Shown here piece by piece: positions 26,427-33,050 of a stretch of DNA of 33,050 nucleotides (positions within the stretch are counted from its first letter, which is position 1; each line of letters opens with the position of its first letter). Source of the stretch: Candidatus Eiseniibacteriota bacterium (GTDB lineage: Bacteria; Eisenbacteria; RBG-16-71-46; DASYSL01); contig JBKJJJ010000206.1 in NCBI GenBank assembly GCA_046598045.1, forward strand, positions 1 to 33,050. Direction: 5' to 3'. The notes beneath the pieces are model-generated. The model was not told where the DNA came from. It saw nothing but the letters and a program-made list of their open reading frames with translations, and made no database searches. The position numbers and the translations under genes were made by a program.

Positions 26427-27529
26427 GCCGGCTTCTTCCCCGGGGCGGGATGTCCGGCGCCCCACAGGGTGCCACCGAGACCGACCAGGATCGCGGTCGC
26501 CGGCAGGGCCAACACCGCGCCCGCGAAGCCGCCGAGCGAACTGCCGGCGAGCACGGCGAGGATGACCACGAACGGGTGGAGCTCGAGACGCTCGCTCATC
26601 AGGCGCGGGGTGATCACGTAGTTGTTGAGCTGGTTGAGCGCGATGTAACACCCGAGGACGACCATGAGCCAGCTCGGTCCCTGGTCCCAGCACACGAGGA
26701 CGAGCGCGGCGATGACCGAGATCGAGCCGATGAATGGCACCGCCTCGGCAAAGCCGGCGAGCGCGCCGAGCGCGAAGGAATAGGGCACGCCGAGTAGGGT
26801 GAACAGCACCGAGGCGAGCACCGCCACCAGGAGCACGACCAGCGTCTGGCCGCGGACGTAGGTCTCGAGCGAACGATCCGCCGACGCGAGCAGCCGGCCC
26901 GCGATCACGCGCCACGACTGGGGCAGGCCCTCGACGAAGCCTTTTGCCAGGGTCTCGTTGTCGGCGAGGATGTAGAACGCCCCGATCGGGACCACGACCA
27001 GCCCGAGCAGCGAGCCGATCGAGGACAGCAGCTTGATCGCCCACGCGGTGAGGCCGGCCGCCGACTTCTGCAGCATGCCGTGGTACTGGTCCTGCACCGC
27101 GGTCCAGAACTCGGGCGGCAGCCCGGTGCCGCGGCTCGCGGCCATGCGCTGCATCCACTCCTCGACCAGCTTGGAAAAGCGCGGCACTTCCCCGCCGAGA
27201 CGGCTCAGTTCGTTCCACAGTACCGGGACGAGCCAATAGAGGCCGAGGCCGATGAGCGCCGTGCCGAGCAGCACGACCAGCCCGGCCGAGGCCTTGCGCC
27301 CGAGGTGGCGGCCGCGACCGAGCGGCAGGAGTTCGACGCGGCTGACGAGCGGCTCGAGCACGTACGCGAGGAAGACGCTCGCCACGAGGACCATCAGGAC
27401 GTCGCTGATCTGGTAGAGGAAATAGATCAGCGCGGCGATGCCGACCAGCGACCCGAGCGAGAGCGCGTCCCAGCGCCAGCGAATGCGCAGCGGGCGCGGC
27501 GCCGGGTCGGGAGCGACGGGTTCGGTCAC
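26423..27529 (-). CDS. AI-2E (PerM-like) family transporter
   Basis: Motifs LAYVLEPLV, YVRGQ, PFIG, ITPRLM and LHP..V..AVLAG..G.GA.LALP. Confidence 0.93.
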   Translation of the reverse strand: MTEPVAPDPAPRPLRIRWRWDALSLGSLVGIAALIYFLYQISDVLMVLVASVFLAYVLEPLVSRVELLPLGRGRHLGRKASAGLVVLLGTALIGLGLYWLVPVLWNELSRLGGEVPRFSKLVEEWMQRMAASRGTGLPPEFWTAVQDQYHGMLQKSAAGLTAWAIKLLSSIGSLLGLVVVPIGAFYILADNETLAKGFVEGLPQSWRVIAGRLLASADRSLETYVRGQTLVVLLVAVLASVLFTLLGVPYSFALGALAGFAEAVPFIGSISVIAALVLVCWDQGPSWLMVVLGCYIALNQLNNYVITPRLMSERLELHPFVVILAVLAGSSLGGFAGAVLALPATAILVGLGGTLWGAGHPAPGKKPA

Positions 27530-27533
27530 GAGT

Positions 27534-28967
27534 TCACCAGCCGGCCTGCCCGCCGACGGGGAGCACCATCGAGAACGTGGCGCCGCGTCCGACCTCGGAC
27601 TCGGCCCAGATGCGGCCCCGGTGCGCGGCGGCGATCCGGTAGCAGGTCGAGAGCCCGAACCCGTGGCCGGTGGGTTTGGTGGTGAACGTGGGCTCGAACA
27701 CCTTGTCGGCGGTCGCCCGGCTCATGCCGGGACCGTTGTCCTGGACCCTCACCACGACGGTCTCGCCGGCGTCCTGCCAGCCGGTGGTGACCGTGATCTT
27801 CTTGTCGGGCGTGCCCTTCTCGATCATCGCCTCCGCGGCGTTCTGGAACAGGTTGATGAACACCTGCTGCAGCTGCCCCGGGTCGGCGGTGATCGCGGGC
27901 AGGCCCTCGGCCAGCTCGAGCGCGAACTCGACCTGGTTGAACTTGTTCTGCGGCCGCACGAAGTCGGCGGTGCGGCGGATCAGGTCGTTGACGTCGACGC
28001 GCACGATCTTCATTTCCTTGTGCGAGAAGTCCATCAACCCCTTGGTCAGGATCGCCATGTTCGAAGCTTGCTCCATAATGATGCGCGCGTGGCGGGATAT
28101 CTTCTCGGGCTCGGCCTTACCGAGCTCCATGGTCAGCATCTGCGCCCGCGCCGAGATCGCGGCCAGGTAGTTCGAGATCTCGTGGCCGATTTCCGCGGCC
28201 ATCTCGCCCTTCGCGGCCATGCGCTCGGTATGGACGAGCTGGTCCTGTGCCTTCTTGAGTTCGACATAGCGGCGGTGCGAGTCGCGGATCACGAGCAGTG
28301 GAACGTAGAACAGGATGATGCCCGGGTAGCGCAGCATTGCCCACGATACCACCATCAGCGGCGAGAGGAACAAGAGGGCGAGGTCCGAGATGATCTGCTC
28401 GGCGTAGAGGAAGTCCTCGCGGATGACGAGGCCGATCGGGCGCTCGGCGCCCCAGCCCGAGGCCACCGAGACGAGCACGATGTTGAGCGCGCGGTAGACG
28501 AGGCCGAGGCCGATCAACGGGATCAGGAATCCGATCGACTGCGAACTCTCGAAGTGCGCGGCGCGCTCGATCATCGACCAGATGCCTTCGCGCGGACCGC
28601 CCAGCAGCGCGAACACCGTGCCCGCGGCGGCCATCACGACCACCATCGCCGCGGCGTTGAAGAGCACGCGAATCCCCGGACGGCGGCGGATGAACAGGTC
28701 CGAGATCGCGGTCGAGAGCGCGACGATCCAGATTGCGGGGGAGACGCCCCACAGCACGACGGTCGCGAAGTTCGCGGCCGAGGCCATGGAGTCGGTGCCT
28801 TCGCCGGTAATGGTCGGGAGCCAGAGGCTCTCGGCCACGACCGTGATCAGCACCCATCCCAGGAAGTGGAGGAGGAGGGGGCTCTGCCACGCGAGCGGGA
28901 AGAGCGCGAGCAGGACGATCGCGACCGCGACGACGGAGCCGACGTACAGGACGAGGCGACGGCTCAC
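27534..28967 (-). CDS. Membrane sensor histidine kinase with multi-TM N-terminal domain
   Basis: H-box IGHEISN, N-box QVFINLFQNA, DNGPG, FTTK and GHGFGL, with about 7-8 N-terminal TM helices. Confidence 0.93.
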   Translation of the reverse strand: MSRRLVLYVGSVVAVAIVLLALFPLAWQSPLLLHFLGWVLITVVAESLWLPTITGEGTDSMASAANFATVVLWGVSPAIWIVALSTAISDLFIRRRPGIRVLFNAAAMVVVMAAAGTVFALLGGPREGIWSMIERAAHFESSQSIGFLIPLIGLGLVYRALNIVLVSVASGWGAERPIGLVIREDFLYAEQIISDLALLFLSPLMVVSWAMLRYPGIILFYVPLLVIRDSHRRYVELKKAQDQLVHTERMAAKGEMAAEIGHEISNYLAAISARAQMLTMELGKAEPEKISRHARIIMEQASNMAILTKGLMDFSHKEMKIVRVDVNDLIRRTADFVRPQNKFNQVEFALELAEGLPAITADPGQLQQVFINLFQNAAEAMIEKGTPDKKITVTTGWQDAGETVVVRVQDNGPGMSRATADKVFEPTFTTKPTGHGFGLSTCYRIAAAHRGRIWAESEVGRGATFSMVLPVGGQAGW

Positions 28968-29987
28968 TCACCCTCCCTGGCGCTTGACCACCCCGAGGCC
29001 GGGACGATCGGGCAGCAACAGGCGGCCATCCTCGCCGCCGACACCCTTGTACGGATCCTGCGCGAGCAGCCAGTGACCGTCGAGGTCGAGCGTATCGAAC
29101 AGCGGCCCCAGGTGCGCCGCCGCGGTGATGCCCAGGCTGCTCTCGATCATGCACCCTAGCATGAGCCCGAGCCCGTGCGCCCGCGCCGTGTGGATCAGGC
29201 GCAGCGCCTCGCTCGGGCCGCCCGTCTTGACCAGCTTGACCACGACGCCCGACACGCGGTCGGACAGCCCGGCGACATCCGCCGCGACGTGGCAGGACTC
29301 GTCCACGTAGAGCGGCAATGGCGAGCGCCGCGCGAGCCACAGGAGGCCTTCGCGGTCATCCGGCGCGAGTGGCTGCTCGACGAACTCGACGCCGAGGTCG
29401 GCCAGCACGGGCAACAGGCGCATCGCCTGGTCACGCGTCCAGCCGGCGTTCGCGTCCACGCGGATCGGGCGATCGGTCCGTTCCCGGATACGGCGCAGGG
29501 TATGGACGTCATCGGCCCCGCCGACCTTGACCTTGAGAATCGGATAACTTTCGGCTTCCCTGAGCTTTACTTCCATCAGTTCCCAATCTGCTAGACCCAA
29601 AGTGAAGCTCGACAGAGGCACCGCCTCCCGGTCGAGACCCCACAGCTGCCAGAGCGGCAGCCCGGCGATCTGCCCGCGCAGGTCCCAGAGCGCGGTATCG
29701 AGCGCATTCCAGGCCGCCCGGTTCCAGGCGAGGCGGGCGGTGGCGCGGCGCTCGAAACCCTCGAGGTCCCACGGATCGCCGGGCAGCAGCGGCTCCCACG
29801 CCGCGAGCGCCGCGCGCGCGGTGGCCGCGGTCTCGCCGTAGTACGCGGTCGCCGAGACCTCGCCCAGCCCGATCCGGCCTTCGTGCTCGAGTTCGACCAC
29901 GAGGTGCTCCCAGCTCTGGTTCCCGCCGCGCGCGATCTTGAACTCGTGCTTCGTGCGCAGCTCGAGGGGCGTGATCGTCATCTTCAT
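28968..29987 (-). CDS. Dipeptide epimerase (enolase superfamily; L-Ala-D/L-Glu epimerase or DgcA-like N-acetyl-D-Glu racemase, 339 aa)
   Basis: Motifs KVK, VDAN, EQP, DES, KLVKTGG, GCMIES and DLD. ATG 29987 overlaps the DUF1611 stop. Confidence 0.93.
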   Translation of the reverse strand: MKMTITPLELRTKHEFKIARGGNQSWEHLVVELEHEGRIGLGEVSATAYYGETAATARAALAAWEPLLPGDPWDLEGFERRATARLAWNRAAWNALDTALWDLRGQIAGLPLWQLWGLDREAVPLSSFTLGLADWELMEVKLREAESYPILKVKVGGADDVHTLRRIRERTDRPIRVDANAGWTRDQAMRLLPVLADLGVEFVEQPLAPDDREGLLWLARRSPLPLYVDESCHVAADVAGLSDRVSGVVVKLVKTGGPSEALRLIHTARAHGLGLMLGCMIESSLGITAAAHLGPLFDTLDLDGHWLLAQDPYKGVGGEDGRLLLPDRPGLGVVKRQGG

Positions 29988-31099
29988 GGCGTTCCATCTC
30001 CGGACGCGGGGACAGGTGGCGGGAAGGAGTGCTTGAGCAGCGCGTCGACGATGGGCGCGGCGCCGAAGCGCACGACGTCCGTCGCGGGACGCCCGGTGGC
30101 GCGCGCCGCGGCGTCGACCGCGCGGCGCGCGGACTCGGCGTCGAGGTCGTAGGTGTTGAGCGCGAGCGCGACCACGCGCCCGGGGCGAATCGGCTGAAGC
30201 GCGTCCTCGTAGCGGCGCGCGAGGTCGCTCAGTGGCGGGATCGGGATCCGGCCATGGCGGATCTCCGTACGCCGCGGCTGGTGGCAGAGCACCATCGCCG
30301 AGGGCAGCGCGCCGAGCAGCAGCCCGAGCGTCACACCCGCATACCCCGGGTGGACGATCGAGCCCTGGCCCTCGACGATCACCCAGTCGTGGTCCTTCGC
30401 CGCATCGAGCACCAGCGCCTCGGCGGCGCCGGCGACGAAGTCGCTGATCACGCGGTCGACCGCGAGCCCGCGACCGGCGAGCAGGATGCCGGTCTGCCCC
30501 GTCGCGACGAAGGCCACGCTCTGGCCGCGCGCCTCGAGCGCGCGCGCGATCTCCCAGGCGGCGGTCATCTTGCCCACGTTGCAGTCGGAGCCCACCGTGA
30601 GCACGACCCTGGCGGCCACCTCGCGCACGCGCGCCGAGGCCACGGGTAGGGTCTCGGGCACGCGCCGCAGGTCGACCAGCGCGCGCCCCCGCTCCCGCGC
30701 GCGCGCCGCCAGCTCGGGGTCGTCCGCGAGGAACGTGTGCAGGCCGGCCCACACGTCGAGCCCGAGCTCGAGCGCCTCGAGCAGCACGGCGCGCCAGGCG
30801 TCGGGCAGCTGGCCGCCGACCGGCGCGATCCCGATCAGCAGCGCGTCGGGCTCGTGCGCCATGGCGTCGGCGAGCGTGGCCACGATCGGCACCGCGCCGC
30901 CGAACCCGAGCGCCTCGTGCGCGACCTGCCCGGCACGCGTGCTGTCGAGCAGCGCGGCGACCGACTCGGGCGCGTAGCGCAAGAGCACCGCGGCGGTCTT
31001 CGCGTCCAGCACGCCGAGCGAGCCCTCGACCAGCACGACGAAGCGCCGGGCGCCCCGCCGCACCTCGAGGATGCCCGACGGCTCAGCAGAGGCCTTCAT
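29984..31099 (-). CDS. DUF1611 domain protein (DgcN-like D-glutamate N-acetyltransferase)
   Basis: Motifs AKTA, IGIAPVGG, GLH, VGSDCNVGKMT, ATGQTG, DFVAGA and EGQGS. Confidence 0.92.
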   Translation of the reverse strand: MKASAEPSGILEVRRGARRFVVLVEGSLGVLDAKTAAVLLRYAPESVAALLDSTRAGQVAHEALGFGGAVPIVATLADAMAHEPDALLIGIAPVGGQLPDAWRAVLLEALELGLDVWAGLHTFLADDPELAARARERGRALVDLRRVPETLPVASARVREVAARVVLTVGSDCNVGKMTAAWEIARALEARGQSVAFVATGQTGILLAGRGLAVDRVISDFVAGAAEALVLDAAKDHDWVIVEGQGSIVHPGYAGVTLGLLLGALPSAMVLCHQPRRTEIRHGRIPIPPLSDLARRYEDALQPIRPGRVVALALNTYDLDAESARRAVDAAARATGRPATDVVRFGAAPIVDALLKHSFPPPVPASGDGTP

Positions 31100-32291
31100 A
31101 AACCTTTCGATAGCGCTCGACCACGCGGTCCACGTCGAACTGCTCGCTCGCGACCTTGCGGCCCGCCCGACCGAAGCGGCGCCTCAGCGCGTCGTCGCCG
31201 AGCAGCTCGAGCACGGCGCGCACGTGCGCCTCGAGATTGCCGTGCGGTTCGAGGAAGCCCGTCACGCCGGACTCGACCAACTCCGGCAGTCCGCCCACGC
31301 GCGAGGCCACGACCGGCACCCCTGCGCTCATGGCCTCGAGCGCGACCAGCCCGAAGGACTCGCTCGAGGACGGCAGGAGGAACACGTCGGCGAGTGGAAG
31401 CAACTCCTCCATGACCTCCTGGTTGCCGAGGAACAGGACGTGGCGCGCCACGCCGAGGTCGCGCGCGAGCTGCTCGGCGCGCGGCTTGTCGGGCCCGTCC
31501 CCCACCATGACGAGGCGAGAGTCCATGCGCTCGTGCACCGCGGCGAAGATGCGCACCACCATCTCGACATTCTTGACCGGGCGGAAGTTCGAGGCATGCA
31601 TGAGCACGCGCGTGCCCGCGGGCGCGAGCATCGGCGTGCGCCGGCGCCCGGGCGCGAAGACCTTCGGGTCGACGAAGTTCGGGATGACCTCGATCGGCTT
31701 CATGATGCCGAGCGACTCGACGGTCGCGGTCTTGAGCGCCTCGCTGACCGCGGTGATCCGGTCCGAGCACTCGATCGAGAACTTGGTCATGCGAAAGAAC
31801 GCGGGCTGCTGCCCGACGACCGTGATGTCGGTGCCGTGGAGCGTGGTCACGACCGGCAGGCGTCGCGGCGCGACCAGTTGCTTGGCGAGGAACGCCGAGG
31901 TCGCGAACGGCATCGCGTAGTGGACGTGCAGCACGTCGAGCCGCTGGGTCTCCGCGACGTCGGCCATCATGCTCGCGAGCATGAGGGGCAGCGGCGGGTT
32001 CTGCTGGAACAGCGGATAGCTGTCCGAGGAGACCTCGTGGAAGAACACGTTGCGCTCGTAGGCGGGCAGCCGGTAGGGCAGTGCCATCGAGATGAAGTGC
32101 ACCTGGTCCCCGCGCCCCGCGAGGCGCCGACCGAGCTCGGTGGCGACGATCCCCGAGCCGCCGAACGTCGGGTAGCAGGTGATGCCGATGCGCAGCGCCC
32201 GGCGCGGCGCGCGTTTGCGCGCCACCGCCTTGGGCCGGGCTTTCGGCGCGGGCTTGGGCCTGGGCTTCGCCCTGGGCGTGGTGGGCGTCAC
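31083..32291 (-). CDS. bshA: N-acetyl-alpha-D-glucosaminyl L-malate synthase BshA (GT4, 402 aa)
   Basis: Motifs IGITCYPTFGGSGIVATELG, HVHYAMP, TTLHGTDIT, HASNFRPVK and ESFGLVALEAM. GTG 32291 overlaps the bshB1 stop. Confidence 0.95.
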   Translation of the reverse strand: MTPTTPRAKPRPKPAPKARPKAVARKRAPRRALRIGITCYPTFGGSGIVATELGRRLAGRGDQVHFISMALPYRLPAYERNVFFHEVSSDSYPLFQQNPPLPLMLASMMADVAETQRLDVLHVHYAMPFATSAFLAKQLVAPRRLPVVTTLHGTDITVVGQQPAFFRMTKFSIECSDRITAVSEALKTATVESLGIMKPIEVIPNFVDPKVFAPGRRRTPMLAPAGTRVLMHASNFRPVKNVEMVVRIFAAVHERMDSRLVMVGDGPDKPRAEQLARDLGVARHVLFLGNQEVMEELLPLADVFLLPSSSESFGLVALEAMSAGVPVVASRVGGLPELVESGVTGFLEPHGNLEAHVRAVLELLGDDALRRRFGRAGRKVASEQFDVDRVVERYRKVYEGLC

Positions 32292-33049
32292 GCGGTCGCT
32301 CCCGGGCCGAGGCCTGCGGCGCCGAACAGGCCGCCCAGCGAGGCGGTCCACGAGACCGCGCCGGCAAACACCAGCGCCTCGCCGTGGTCCACGCCGACGA
32401 GCTCGCCCCAGCGCCGCGCGCGCGCCTCGACGCCGGCGAGGAACGTCGGGCGGTTGAGGCGCGTCGCCTCGCCCACGCCCGGCGCGAACTGCGATCCGTA
32501 GCACTCGAGCGCCCTGCGCTTGGCGGCGAAGTGCGCACTCACGTCGATCACCATCCCGGAGCTCGCGAAGCGCGCCCCGAACGCGTCCGCGCGCGAGCCC
32601 GACTCGGGCCAGTCGAACAGCAGGCCGTGCGCGCGGTGGCGCCCGCCCGTCGCCTCATAACCGCCGACGTGCGCGAAGTAAAGCGCGCGCTCGAGCAGGC
32701 GCCCGCCCTCCCTGTGATCGGGATGCGCGTCCTCGGGATGGGGTGCGAGCACCCAGCGCGGGCGCACGCGCCGCACGAGCGCGACCACCGCGCCCACCTG
32801 CGCCGCGTCGAGGTGGTTGACGCCGGTGTCGGGCAGGCCCGCGTTCAGGCGCTCGGCCAGCCCGAGGCAACGCGCCGCCTCCGTTGCCTCGGCCGCGCGC
32901 GTGTCGGCGCTGCCGCGCGTCGCGCGCTCGCCACGCGTCAAGTCGAGGCCGACCACGCGCAGGCCGTCGGCAGAAGCCTTCGCCGCGATGCCCCCGAAGT
33001 GCAGCTCGAGGTCATCCGGATGCGCCCCCACCACGAGCAGGTCAACCAA
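32288..33049 (-). CDS. bshB1: Bacillithiol biosynthesis deacetylase BshB1 (PIG-L family; start at or beyond the window edge)
   Basis: Motifs AHPDD, DLTRGE..TRG, HPDH and YGSQF, adjacent to bshA. Confidence 0.9.
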   Translation of the reverse strand: MVDLLVVGAHPDDLELHFGGIAAKASADGLRVVGLDLTRGERATRGSADTRAAEATEAARCLGLAERLNAGLPDTGVNHLDAAQVGAVVALVRRVRPRWVLAPHPEDAHPDHREGGRLLERALYFAHVGGYEATGGRHRAHGLLFDWPESGSRADAFGARFASSGMVIDVSAHFAAKRRALECYGSQFAPGVGEATRLNRPTFLAGVEARARRWGELVGVDHGEALVFAGAVSWTASLGGLFGAAGLGPGATA

Positions 33050-33050
33050 G

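Noticed and set aside
1..33050. CRISPR arrays, tRNA, rRNA, known riboswitches, prophage or defence genes
   Set aside because: No regularly spaced repeats, cloverleaf or rRNA signatures, or recognisable aptamer cores were seen by eye, and intergenic spaces are short. A covariance-model scan would be needed to exclude them fully.

Overview
A very GC-rich bacterial chromosomal window with about 32 mostly housekeeping or envelope genes. No rRNA, tRNA, CRISPR array or classical IS element was seen. Lipoprotein, beta-barrel and C-terminal 'TWGRIK' motifs suggest a diderm of the Eisenbacteria/Latescibacteria-like group (inference only). From left to right: (1) the 5' end of zwf and a transaldolase-phosphoglucose isomerase fusion; (2) a divergent, apparently sigma54-driven unit encoding a putative beta-barrel and a secreted Ala-rich protein, then an OB-fold lipoprotein and a second secreted protein sharing an uncharacterised 'SWG..GW' helical domain; (3) cstA, a small Cys/His protein, DUF1015, DinB and VIT1; (4) an accessory patch with an HNH nuclease (DUF222-like N-terminus, RuvA-CTD-like tail, perfect 20-bp palindrome inside its own CDS) and a secreted protein ending in TWGRIKAQFR; (5) typA, alpha/beta hydrolase, TPR protein and nitrilase; (6) DUF2231, fdhD, lipoprotein, M24 peptidase, GT-C glycosyltransferase and MFS; (7) a long coupled minus-strand operon bshB1-bshA-DUF1611-dipeptide epimerase-histidine kinase-AI-2E-rsgA-thrC followed by a lipoprotein. 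The best candidates for undescribed biology are the self-palindrome HNH element, the sigma54 barrel/secreted-paralog module and the C-terminal TWG sorting motif. All calls come from reading motifs by eye; no searches were run.
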